Shown piece after piece: positions 9,628 to 18,820 of a stretch of 64,000 bases of DNA (positions are counted from its first letter, which is position 1; the number at the start of each line of letters is the position of its first letter). Both the position numbers and the translations under genes were made by a program. The notes below the pieces were generated by a model, which was not told the origin of the DNA, searched no databases, and saw only the letters and a program-made list of their open reading frames with translations. Where the stretch lies: positions 89,058 to 153,057 of the forward strand of contig CBDFHW010000025.1 in assembly GCA_965247815.1 (NCBI GenBank). Reading direction: 5' to 3'. Source of the stretch: Tepidisphaeraceae bacterium. Its GTDB lineage: Bacteria > Planctomycetota > Phycisphaerae > Tepidisphaerales > Tepidisphaeraceae.

Positions 9628-10949
9628 ATACCGGCTCCCCGCAGTTCGACGTGATCGTGATCGGCGGGGGGCCCGCCGGGTCGACCGCGGGGCTGGTGCT
9701 CGCAAGCGCCGGCCTGAAGGCGGTCGTTCTCGAGAAAGCCGTTTTCCCGCGCTTCCATATTGGCGAATCGATTCTGCCGTTTAACTTGCCATTGATTCAA
9801 CAACTGGGACTCGAGCCCGAGCTGAGGAAGCTGCCGCACGTTCCCAAGCTGGGAGCCGAGTTCGTGATGGGCGACGATCCGGAAAGCTCGGTCCGATTCG
9901 GCTTCAACCAGGGCCTGTTGCCCGGTTCACCGACGTTTAACATCGAGCGCGCCGGGTTCGACGACATGTTGCTGAAAGCCGCTGCCAAGGCAGGCGCCGA
10001 CGTCCGACAGGACGCCCCAGTTGAGCGCGTCGTTCGCTTGTCCGACGGAGACGTTGCCGTGATGGCCGGGGGGAAGGAAATCACCGGGCGTTACATCCTC
10101 GACGCCAGCGGGCACGGCACCGTAATCGGCAAGCACCTGGGCACTCGCAAAAATATCTCCGACGAACAGCTGAAAAAGGTCGCCTACTTCGCCCATTTCG
10201 AAAATGTGCAGCGGCTCGCCGGTGATGAGGCCGGGCACCCCGGCATCGTGCTTACCAAGGAAGGCTGGTTCTGGTTGATCGGCGTCACCGATCAAAAGAC
10301 CAGCGTGGGGTTCGTGACCTGGCCCCATTTCGCCAGGACGATCAATGTGCCGCCGAACCGCCTGTTGCAATGGGCGATCGCCCGCTGCCCGGTCGTCCGC
10401 CAGCGCATGCAGAACGCGACCGGTCCGACGACCAACGAAGTGCTCGCGGACTTCAGCTACAAGTGCAAACCGTACGCGGGCCCCGGGTATTTTCTGATCG
10501 GTGACGCGGCCGCATTCCTGGACCCGATCTTTTCCACCGGCGTCACACTGGCGATGACCAGCGCGGTCGAGGCATCGCGAAAGATCGTTGCCGTTCTCAA
10601 GGGACAGCTGTCACCGCACAAGGCACAAAGGCAGTACGCGAAATTCGTTCACGACAGCACCTATGTTTTCTGGCGTTTGATCCGCGGGTCTTACAAGCAT
10701 TCCTTCCGCGAACTGTTCCTGAACGGCTCGGGCCCGCTTCAGATGCACAGCGCGGTGATTTCGATCCTGGCCGGCAATGTGTTCCCGAAACCCATTTTCG
10801 AGCTTCGCTGGCGCATGCGTGTCTTTGAGCTCTGCGTGTTCCTGAATCAATACCTGCCGCTGGTTCCCCGGCGGAAGGAATTCTCGCTCGTCTCCCAGGC
10901 CGACACCGAACCGCTGCCGACCAACACCGCCCAACCCAGCATGGCATGA
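9624..10949 (+). CDS. FAD-dependent oxidoreductase, flavin-dependent halogenase-like
   Basis: GTG at 9624 with an AAGGAG RBS at 9611. Rossmann motif VIVIGGGPAGS plus HIGESILP, and a WFWLI segment reminiscent of the halogenase WxWxIP motif. 4-nt overlaps on both sides. Confidence 0.65.
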   Translation: MNTGSPQFDVIVIGGGPAGSTAGLVLASAGLKAVVLEKAVFPRFHIGESILPFNLPLIQQLGLEPELRKLPHVPKLGAEFVMGDDPESSVRFGFNQGLLPGSPTFNIERAGFDDMLLKAAAKAGADVRQDAPVERVVRLSDGDVAVMAGGKEITGRYILDASGHGTVIGKHLGTRKNISDEQLKKVAYFAHFENVQRLAGDEAGHPGIVLTKEGWFWLIGVTDQKTSVGFVTWPHFARTINVPPNRLLQWAIARCPVVRQRMQNATGPTTNEVLADFSYKCKPYAGPGYFLIGDAAAFLDPIFSTGVTLAMTSAVEASRKIVAVLKGQLSPHKAQRQYAKFVHDSTYVFWRLIRGSYKHSFRELFLNGSGPLQMHSAVISILAGNVFPKPIFELRWRMRVFELCVFLNQYLPLVPRRKEFSLVSQADTEPLPTNTAQPSMA

Positions 10950-12391
10950 CGCATTCGACTCGGTTCCTGGAACGCCTTTCTCGTCACGCGACGGAACGAC
11001 CCGACGTGCCCGCGTTCGTCGATTCCGCCAGCGGGCTCGCCCTCACTTGGAAGTCGCTCGCCACGCAGGTCACCGAGCTCGCCGATCGTCTTCGTCGTTC
11101 ATTTCGGCCCGATTCCGTCGTACTGATCCGGTGCCCCAACGGCATCGATTTTCCAGTCGCGTTTCTGAGCGTTTTAGCCGCTGAGTGTGCCGCGTTCCCG
11201 CTTTCGGTCGACAGCCCGGAAATGGAAATTGAAACTCTCGGCAAACGTGTGAAGGCAGACGCGCTGCTGACCTGCGGCGGGGTAGCGGGCGCCGCGACCG
11301 GTTCGCACATCGATCTCCGCATTCTTGCAACGAGCAATCGTGACACTGCACCGGATGTCTCAGCGAGAACCCGCCTGATGCTGCTCAGTTCGGGTTCTAC
11401 CGGTGATCCGAAAATCGTCTGCCGGTCTGATAATTCGCTCGACGCGGTATGCGATCAGATGTGCCAAAGCATCAAAATCGGTCCCGACGATCGGATTCTG
11501 GCGACCGTCCCGCTCTGCCATTCCTACGGCATCGAACACGGCCTGCTCGCGCCGGTCTGGGCCGGCGCGACAGTTTACCTCTGCCGCGGACTCGACCTGC
11601 CTCTGATCAAGCGAGAGCTCACGCATTGCCGGATCACGCATTTACCGGGTGTGCCGTCCATGTACGAGATGCTGGCCAATCATGCCGAGCGCGGTGAACA
11701 GTATACAGAGCTTCGGGCGGCTTACTCCGCCGGCGCGCCGTTACCGCTCGGCGTTTTTGAAGCGGTGTCGAACCGCTGCGGTATCAAAGTCGGCCAGCTC
11801 TACGGCGCGAGTGAGATCGGGTCGGTGACCTATGCCGACCCGACGCTGCCGAACTTCGACCCGTCGAGCGTGGGCCGGGCCATGCCCGGTGCCCAAGTCA
11901 GAGTCACCGCCGGGACCGACCCAAAGCTCTCGCTAGCCGCGGGCGAAGTCGGCCACGTGTGGGTCTCCGCCGCGTCTCAGTTCAGCGGTTACTTTGACGA
12001 ACATGCTTCGCCGTTCGCCGACGGGTTTTATCCGACCGGTGACCTCGGCCGGCTCGATTCGTCGGGCAACCTGTTCGTCACCGGCCGCGTCAAGCTTCTG
12101 ATCGACGTCGGCGGGTTGAAGGTCAACCCGCTGGAAGTCGAAAACGTACTCATGCAACACCCCAGCGTCGGCGACTGTGTCGTTCTTCCGGTGCGGCAAA
12201 GCGCGACGATTCATCGACTGAAGGCGGTCATTACCGCCCGCGACCTTTATAACCCACCCCACATTGAAGAGCTCCGGCAATTCGCACGCGACCGCCTGGC
12301 GACCTATAAAGTCCCCCGCGTGTTCGAAATTCGCGACAGCCTCCCGCGGTCGGCGACCGGGAAGCTCATTCGACACTTGGTGGAAGCATGA
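10946..12391 (+). CDS. Aryl-acid AMP-ligase / adenylate-forming enzyme (XanA2/ApeH-like)
   Basis: AMP-binding motifs LSSGSTGDPK, YGASEIG, GDLGRLDSSGNLFVTGR and KVPR...SATGKL. ATGA overlap with the upstream gene. Confidence 0.85.
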   Translation: MTHSTRFLERLSRHATERPDVPAFVDSASGLALTWKSLATQVTELADRLRRSFRPDSVVLIRCPNGIDFPVAFLSVLAAECAAFPLSVDSPEMEIETLGKRVKADALLTCGGVAGAATGSHIDLRILATSNRDTAPDVSARTRLMLLSSGSTGDPKIVCRSDNSLDAVCDQMCQSIKIGPDDRILATVPLCHSYGIEHGLLAPVWAGATVYLCRGLDLPLIKRELTHCRITHLPGVPSMYEMLANHAERGEQYTELRAAYSAGAPLPLGVFEAVSNRCGIKVGQLYGASEIGSVTYADPTLPNFDPSSVGRAMPGAQVRVTAGTDPKLSLAAGEVGHVWVSAASQFSGYFDEHASPFADGFYPTGDLGRLDSSGNLFVTGRVKLLIDVGGLKVNPLEVENVLMQHPSVGDCVVLPVRQSATIHRLKAVITARDLYNPPHIEELRQFARDRLATYKVPRVFEIRDSLPRSATGKLIRHLVEA

Positions 12392-13152
12392 AACGCGTGC
12401 GGACGACATTCCATTTTCAGATGAGCAAACTCGTCTGGTCCGCAGGTCTGGCGCTGGCGTGCGGTTGTCACCCGGCCCACCCCGAGCACCTGGCGAAATA
12501 CTCGGCGATGGACGAGTCGTCCGAGGTTCGCACGCTCGCGCGGCGGTCCGCGCTGGTCAAAACCGTCTCGGGAACCGGCACCCTGGAACTCAGCCAGCCG
12601 AACGGCGACGGCGTCGTTCTCGACGTGGCCGTGGTGTTGCAGATGCCGAACCACGCCCGGCTCCGCGCCTGGAAGATGGGGCAGGCCGTGTTCGACTTGA
12701 CCGTTTCTCCCGAGGGGGTTTGGCTCGAGACGGGGCAGCAGGGTTCCAGAAAACAGCAGATCACGTCCGCCGGCGATAATGCCGCGCGGGTGACGCGGGG
12801 GCTGTCGCTGCTGAGCGGAGGTTTCTTCGACGACCCGACGCTGACCGGGTTCGACGAGGGCAATCAATTGATCCTTCGTCAGCAGCACCCCAACGAACCT
12901 GCCATCACGTGCCGGGTCGACCGTGACACGCTGACTCCCCGGCAGTTCCGGATGGTCGATTCGACCGGCGTCGAGCGATTCTCACTCACGCTCGGAGAAT
13001 ATGCCGATTCCGCAGGGCTGCTTTGGCCCCGGAAAGTGACCGCCGTTAGTTCCGTCGGCACGATCGTCGTCGCGCTCGACGACTTGGAATTGAACGGCGA
13101 AACCGCCGAAGGTGCTTTCGTCCCGCCGCCGCGTGCGGAGAAATTGCCGTGA
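12388..13152 (+). CDS. Secreted/lipoprotein of unknown function (LolA-like position upstream of an MMPL exporter)
   Basis: Signal peptide with Cys (LALACGC). ATGA overlap upstream and GTGA overlap downstream. Its position mirrors the LolA-like gene of aryl-polyene clusters. Confidence 0.55.
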   Translation: MKRVRTTFHFQMSKLVWSAGLALACGCHPAHPEHLAKYSAMDESSEVRTLARRSALVKTVSGTGTLELSQPNGDGVVLDVAVVLQMPNHARLRAWKMGQAVFDLTVSPEGVWLETGQQGSRKQQITSAGDNAARVTRGLSLLSGGFFDDPTLTGFDEGNQLILRQQHPNEPAITCRVDRDTLTPRQFRMVDSTGVERFSLTLGEYADSAGLLWPRKVTAVSSVGTIVVALDDLELNGETAEGAFVPPPRAEKLP

Positions 13153-15665
13153 CCGAAGGGGGCGATTTATCACTGCCCGCCCTTCCCGCGCGACGCTGGA
13201 AAACGGTCCTCGGGCTGGTCCTTACCGCAGGGGTGCTGTCGTACGCATTCATCAGCCGGATGTCCGCCGACCCGTCGCTGCAGAATATGTTCCCCAGGGG
13301 TGACGCTTCGGCGGCGGCGATGGTGCACGTGCTCAACAATTTTTCAGCCGCCGATGATCTGCTCGTGCTGGCCACTCTTCCCGACCCTCTGGACAAAGCG
13401 CGGCAACACGACCTGACCGACTTCGCGGCCCGGCTCGAAAAATCCATTCACGATTCACCGGAAGCGTCGCAACTGGTCGAAGCGTTCGCCTACCGACCGG
13501 ACGCCGAGTCCCGCGCGTTCATCGCCGGGAATGTAGTGCCCGCCGGGATCTACTACTTGAGCGACGAAAAATATGCCGCGGCGAAGCAGCGTCTGACCAA
13601 AGACGAAATGCGCCGTCAACTCCGGCAGGACGAGGCGATGCTTTCCGCGCCCGGTCCCGCGGCGGGGGCGCTGGCGTCGGTGTTTCTCAAAGACCCGCTG
13701 CGATTGCATGAATTTCTGGTCGACGAACTGAACGCGAGGAAGCCCGCCGGGTTCGGTGATTCGAGCGACGGTTTCTTCTCTCCCGACGGACGAAGCCTGC
13801 TGATCCGCGTCATCGGGAAACGATCGCTCAGCGATCTGGCCTACGCCCGGCAGTTGACCGACGTGATTACCACCCTGGCCGACCGCGTGAAAGAGTCCGT
13901 GCAGGTCGACATCAGCGGCGGGTACGCGATCGCGTCGACCAGCGAGCGGGCGATCCGCGGCGACATGATCGTCAGCGTCGTCTCGTCGGTCGTTCTGCTC
14001 CAATTGCTTTTCGTGCTCGCGTACCGGCGGCCGATTCGATATTTCATTCTGGCGTTTCTTCCCGTCGCGCTGGGCTTGCTCTACGGGTTCGGGGTCCGCG
14101 GCGCGATCTCGTCGACCATCTCGCCCGCGGCGGCGGTCGTCGGCGCCGTGCTGGCGGGCATGGGCATCGACTACACGGTGCTCTACCTTCCGCATTACCA
14201 CACCGCCCGCGACGCGCGCCTGTCTACCGTGGCAGCCGTGGGCCGGACGACCCGGCAACTCGCGTCCCCGCTTCTCGCGGCGTGCCTGACTTCGGTCATC
14301 GGTTTCCTGGCCGTCGGTTGGTCGAGCGTCCCCGCGTTGAAAGATTTCTCGCTGGTCGGATCGCTCGGTCTGATCGGATCGCTGCTGGCCGCGGTCGTGA
14401 TCCTTCCGGCGCTGTTGGCGTCGAACGACCGAGGCCCGGCCTCCGGCGCGCGGCCGCGGGTCAGACTCGAACCCTTGCTCGGTTGGGTCACCCGCCATCG
14501 CAGGCAGGTGCTCTGGGGATGGGCTGGTTTTCTGACATCGTTGGTCATTGTCGTCGCCGCCGTCCCGGGCCCACTACTGGCGATGGAATCAGACCTCACC
14601 GTCATGCACCCCCGGCCGAACAAGCCGTTGGACGCCGAGGCAAAGATTGCCAAACGCATGGGAACAGACCCGGGCGCGATGGCCGTCTTTTTGAAAGCGG
14701 ACACCGACGATCAGCTGATCCAGTTGGCGTACGACGTCCAGCGCAGGCTCTCGGATGCCGCGGTAAAACAGGCCGGGGTGGTCGACGTTTACGGCCTGTC
14801 GACTTTGTTGCCCGACCCGAGAGTCGTCGCAAATCGCCGTGGTCAAGTGTCGGCCGGCGAGACCGATCGCATCCTCGCCGATTTTCGATCCGCGGTTTCA
14901 GAAACGTCTTTCGACCCGGCCGCCTTTTCGGGGTACGAGACGTTTCTGCGATACACGCTCGACGGGCCCGCGACACCGACGATCGCCGACCTTCACCGCA
15001 GCCCCCGGCTGGCCGAAACGCTGCTGGGGCGAGTCCCCGGCGAAGCAATGACGCAGATTTTCTTCGCCGACCCGCTGGACACCCGGGCCCGGCGCGTCGC
15101 CGCAGTCGAGGCCATTCGACACGCGCTGGCGGGCTTGCCCGGCGTGACCCTGACCGGGCTCGGGGTGATCGGTCTCGACACGGAAACGGCGATCCAGCAC
15201 GACCTCCCGCGACTGCTCGCCGCCGCGGTCGGGTTGAACGTGGTTTATCTATTGATTCACTTCCGCCGGATTTCGTCAGTGCTGCTGTCGTTGATTCCCG
15301 CCGCCGTCAGCCTGCTCTGCCTCACCGCGGTCGTCCGGGTCACGGGCATGAAACTGAACCTGGTGAACTTGGTCGCACTGCCGCTGCTGATCGGCATTGA
15401 TGTGGACTACGGGATTTATCTCGTGAGCCTCGCGCGTCCGCGAGTGCCCATCGCGGGGGCCGAAGCGCGGCGGCGGGTGACGACCAGCGTGTACTCGGTG
15501 ATGATCTCGGCGGCGGCAAACGTGCTCGGCTTCGGCTCGCTGGTCACAACCAGCGTCCCGGCGATCCGGTCGCTCGGCTGGGCCGTCGGCGTCGGTGTGC
15601 TGGCCTGTTTTGCGGCAACGATCTTTCTGCTGGTGCCCCTGTTGATACGCGAGGCCGGCGAATGA
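13149..15665 (+). CDS. MMPL/RND-superfamily exporter (two 6-TM bundles with periplasmic domains)
   Basis: 838 aa with two hydrophobic blocks (about 270-430 and 690-830). Similar to HpnN, the ApeM exporter of aryl-polyene clusters and the xanthomonadin exporter. GTG start overlaps the previous stop. Confidence 0.8.
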   Translation: MTEGGDLSLPALPARRWKTVLGLVLTAGVLSYAFISRMSADPSLQNMFPRGDASAAAMVHVLNNFSAADDLLVLATLPDPLDKARQHDLTDFAARLEKSIHDSPEASQLVEAFAYRPDAESRAFIAGNVVPAGIYYLSDEKYAAAKQRLTKDEMRRQLRQDEAMLSAPGPAAGALASVFLKDPLRLHEFLVDELNARKPAGFGDSSDGFFSPDGRSLLIRVIGKRSLSDLAYARQLTDVITTLADRVKESVQVDISGGYAIASTSERAIRGDMIVSVVSSVVLLQLLFVLAYRRPIRYFILAFLPVALGLLYGFGVRGAISSTISPAAAVVGAVLAGMGIDYTVLYLPHYHTARDARLSTVAAVGRTTRQLASPLLAACLTSVIGFLAVGWSSVPALKDFSLVGSLGLIGSLLAAVVILPALLASNDRGPASGARPRVRLEPLLGWVTRHRRQVLWGWAGFLTSLVIVVAAVPGPLLAMESDLTVMHPRPNKPLDAEAKIAKRMGTDPGAMAVFLKADTDDQLIQLAYDVQRRLSDAAVKQAGVVDVYGLSTLLPDPRVVANRRGQVSAGETDRILADFRSAVSETSFDPAAFSGYETFLRYTLDGPATPTIADLHRSPRLAETLLGRVPGEAMTQIFFADPLDTRARRVAAVEAIRHALAGLPGVTLTGLGVIGLDTETAIQHDLPRLLAAAVGLNVVYLLIHFRRISSVLLSLIPAAVSLLCLTAVVRVTGMKLNLVNLVALPLLIGIDVDYGIYLVSLARPRVPIAGAEARRRVTTSVYSVMISAAANVLGFGSLVTTSVPAIRSLGWAVGVGVLACFAATIFLLVPLLIREAGE

Positions 15666-17203
15666 TCGCTATCGTTGAAAGCCTATTCCGAGCTCGGCAC
15701 CGCTCACGCGAACAGTTTCGCGCGGTAGTGGCCTGTGCAATTTTGTCGCTTGCGTTTACAACGTTCTGCGGGTGCGGCGCACCGACCGCCCGGCTGCGGT
15801 TTCCGATCGGCCCGCTGGAGCAGAACCACAGCGTCGTCTGGTATGCGGCGGGACACGCGGGCCGGCCCGGATTCGGGACGTCGCTCGACGAGACGGGGAC
15901 GCTGGACAAGATTTATTACGCGGACAAGGAGAACGGGAAACCGGACCGCATCTACCGGCTCGACGACTATGCCGACGACGAAGTCCCGCATGTTCTGATT
16001 CTGCTGGACTCGATCCCCTTCGACGCGATTACGGCATTTTATCGCGCGGGACACCTGCGATTTCTCGGCCCGCCGCAGAAGGTGATCGCGCCCTTCCCGT
16101 CATTGACAGAAATCTGTTTCAGCGACGTGCTCCGCGCGCCGCCGTTGCCGGGCATGATCGATCAGAGCTACGACCCGCGGACGAATCAAGTCCGCAGCGC
16201 GTTCTGGGATCGGGTCGAAGGCGACTGTGCGCCGTGGCAATGCCGGCTCGATTATCATGCCGCGTTCTGGGAAGACGGCATGTCGTTTCTCGAGCCCCGG
16301 GCTTGGTACGGGGCCGAGCTGGAACGCGCCCGCGGCGTAAGCGAGAAGAGCGGCTCACACGTTACGATCGTTTACCTGGGCAGCTCGGCGTCGATGGTTT
16401 GCAAGTACGGACGGCGGGGAATTGCCGAAACCTTGGAGCGGGCCGAGCAGCTTTGCCTCGAAATTCTTTACGAGCGCCACGGCGCGGTGAAGCTGTCGCT
16501 CATGGCCGACCACGGGCATAACCTGGTCCATTCGATCAATCTGCCGTTGGCCGACTACCTGAAGCAGGCCGGATTTCATCCGAAGGATTCGATCGACGGC
16601 CCGGACGACGTCGTGCCGGAGATCAACGGCCTCGTAACCTACGCCGGCGTGCAGACGTCGCAACCCGGGCGGGTCGCCGACGCGTTGCTGAATCACCCGC
16701 ACATCCAGTTGGTCATGTATCAGCACGGCGAGCGGATCTTCGTGCGAAGCAGCAAGGCCTCTGCCGAGATCGAATGCCGTGGGACGAAATTTCGGTACGC
16801 CCAAATCGCTGGCGACGTATTTAATTACAAGGCTGTGATCGGCAAGCTCGCGGCCGCGGGGTCCGTCGGCGCCGACGGATTCATTTCGGACCACGACTGG
16901 TTCAGCGCGACCGTGGACCATGAATGGCCCGACGCGGTCCGGCGAGTCTGGGACGCGTTCCACCGCAACGCGGTCTATCCGCCCCGGGTGATGCTCACGG
17001 TCGACGACGGGTATTGCGTGGGTCTTCCGGAATATGAGAAATACATCGACATGGCTTCCACGCACGGTTCGCTGAACCAGTTGAACAGCGCGAGCTTTGT
17101 GATGACGATGAACCGCAGCAAACCAATGGGCGCGATGCGGTCTCGCGAGGTTTTGCAATGGCTCGAACCGGGCTTCGAGCCCCACATCAGGACGAATCAG
17201 TGA
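15662..17203 (+). CDS. Alkaline-phosphatase-superfamily type I phosphodiesterase/nucleotide pyrophosphatase-like lipoprotein
   Basis: Lipobox-like FCGCG. NPP-family motifs VLILLDSIPFDAI (compare LDGFR) and LMADHGHN (compare DHGM). ATGA overlap with the exporter gene. Confidence 0.6.
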   Translation: MIAIVESLFRARHRSREQFRAVVACAILSLAFTTFCGCGAPTARLRFPIGPLEQNHSVVWYAAGHAGRPGFGTSLDETGTLDKIYYADKENGKPDRIYRLDDYADDEVPHVLILLDSIPFDAITAFYRAGHLRFLGPPQKVIAPFPSLTEICFSDVLRAPPLPGMIDQSYDPRTNQVRSAFWDRVEGDCAPWQCRLDYHAAFWEDGMSFLEPRAWYGAELERARGVSEKSGSHVTIVYLGSSASMVCKYGRRGIAETLERAEQLCLEILYERHGAVKLSLMADHGHNLVHSINLPLADYLKQAGFHPKDSIDGPDDVVPEINGLVTYAGVQTSQPGRVADALLNHPHIQLVMYQHGERIFVRSSKASAEIECRGTKFRYAQIAGDVFNYKAVIGKLAAAGSVGADGFISDHDWFSATVDHEWPDAVRRVWDAFHRNAVYPPRVMLTVDDGYCVGLPEYEKYIDMASTHGSLNQLNSASFVMTMNRSKPMGAMRSREVLQWLEPGFEPHIRTNQ

Positions 17204-17234
17204 GTCGATCCGGTTTGACCACGAGGGTTCAGCA

Positions 17235-18044
17235 ATGAACGACATTGCTCTGAGGGCAGGGCCGGCGCTGGGCCTCGCGTTGAACGCCCCGGCAACAGTC
17301 TGGGCGGGGTCGGGGGTCGCAATTGCAACGATGGCCATTGGCGGAGTGATCTGGGCTTCCTGTGACCCGCGGGCCGGGGTGTGGGGGCCGGTCCGATGGC
17401 GGGGGGCTGACCTGAGCCGCAAACGCGTCGCGCTGACTTTCGATGACGGCCCGACGCCGGGCGCGACCGACGCCGTGCTGGAAGCGCTCGCTGATCTGCA
17501 CGTACCGGCCGCTTTTTTTGTGATCGGCGAGAACGGCCGCCGGCACCCGCAACTGTTACAGAAGATTCGCGACCAGGGACACCTGATCGGCAATCATTCT
17601 TTCGACCATTCGCGAACGGGTTATCTCCGAGGCGGCGTGTATTGGGACCGGCAGCTGGCCGACACCGACCGGGCGGTGCTGGAAGCGACAGGTGAACGAC
17701 CGATGTTCTTCCGCGCCCCGATCGGGGTCCGAACCCCTCGGCTGACGGCAGCGGTCCGACGTGCCGGTAAAACGCAGGTGACGTGGTCGCGGCGCGGACT
17801 GGACGGCGTCGAGCGATCCCCGGAATATATTCGGGACCGGCTGGTCTCCGGGACCGAAGCCGGGGATATTCTCGTCCTTCACGACGGGGTCGAACCGGGC
17901 CGGCAACGCGACCCGACGTCGACGATCAAGGCCATCCCGATGCTGGTAGCCGGCCTGCGTGAACGCGGGTTCGAATTCGTCCGGCTCGACCAGCTGCTGG
18001 AACTTTCAGGCAGCGCCCCGGCGGCCGTAAGTCAGACGAGGTAA
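17235..18044 (+). CDS. Polysaccharide deacetylase (NodB homology domain, CE4)
   Basis: ALTFDDGP motif, HSFDHS His motif and LVLHD. N-terminal TM/signal region. Confidence 0.8.
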   Translation: MNDIALRAGPALGLALNAPATVWAGSGVAIATMAIGGVIWASCDPRAGVWGPVRWRGADLSRKRVALTFDDGPTPGATDAVLEALADLHVPAAFFVIGENGRRHPQLLQKIRDQGHLIGNHSFDHSRTGYLRGGVYWDRQLADTDRAVLEATGERPMFFRAPIGVRTPRLTAAVRRAGKTQVTWSRRGLDGVERSPEYIRDRLVSGTEAGDILVLHDGVEPGRQRDPTSTIKAIPMLVAGLRERGFEFVRLDQLLELSGSAPAAVSQTR

Positions 18045-18052
18045 GCAACCCA

Positions 18053-18655
18053 ATGAGACGACCGATCCAGATTTGTATCGCGGCCGTTTTGATCGAACTC
18101 GTTGTCTCCGCAATCTCCGTCGCAGGCACCATCGAGTTTCGGCCGACCACGATGGACGCTCCGAAATATCCGACGACCTTCGTCGACGACCGCCGGTGGG
18201 ACGTCGAAGTGCTCGGCACCGGGCTGGCGGACGTGACCCATCGGCACGTGGCCATGGGCGGTGTAACCGTCGGGGTCGGGTATTACGTTTTGCAAAACCT
18301 GGCGATTCAACTCGACGTCAGCGGGTACGGCTTTAACGAAGGGCACGTGAATGGTCCCGCCGCGGGAGTCACGATCGGGCTTCGGCATCATGTGTTGAGC
18401 GTCGGGAAGTCGTCGATTTTTTTCGACATCTCGTTCGGAGAGATCTGGGCCGACCATGATTTGCCCGTTCACGGAACGCACCGCAACAATACGTTCGAGT
18501 TCGGGGTCGGCGTGTCGTACCCGATCGGCGACAATGTTTACCTGATCGGCGGGCCCCGGTTTTTTCATCTCTCGAACGCCAACGACGGGGGCAGCGATCG
18601 GAATCCGAGCATCAACGCAGTGCAGGGCGTCCTGGGCGTGATGTGGAAGTTCTAG
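18053..18655 (+). CDS. Outer-membrane beta-barrel, PagL-like lipid A 3-O-deacylase / acyloxyacyl hydrolase family
   Basis: 200 aa with signal peptide and alternating beta-strand pattern. C-terminal FHLSNA (His-x-Ser catalytic dyad motif as in PagL). Confidence 0.5.
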   Translation: MRRPIQICIAAVLIELVVSAISVAGTIEFRPTTMDAPKYPTTFVDDRRWDVEVLGTGLADVTHRHVAMGGVTVGVGYYVLQNLAIQLDVSGYGFNEGHVNGPAAGVTIGLRHHVLSVGKSSIFFDISFGEIWADHDLPVHGTHRNNTFEFGVGVSYPIGDNVYLIGGPRFFHLSNANDGGSDRNPSINAVQGVLGVMWKF

Positions 18656-18820
18656 GGTAGACGGATTTCCCTGAGACCCGCCGATTGTTCTCGGTCGCAA
18701 TTTGGTCATGCGGCGTCGGCCCGCGGTGGTCTAAAACAGCGCTACGATCCGAGGGCCGTTTGCGAGCTGAAGCCGAACGGCTGCAATGTTGTCTAGCGTT
18801 CGAGTTGAGGTCGGACCGCA

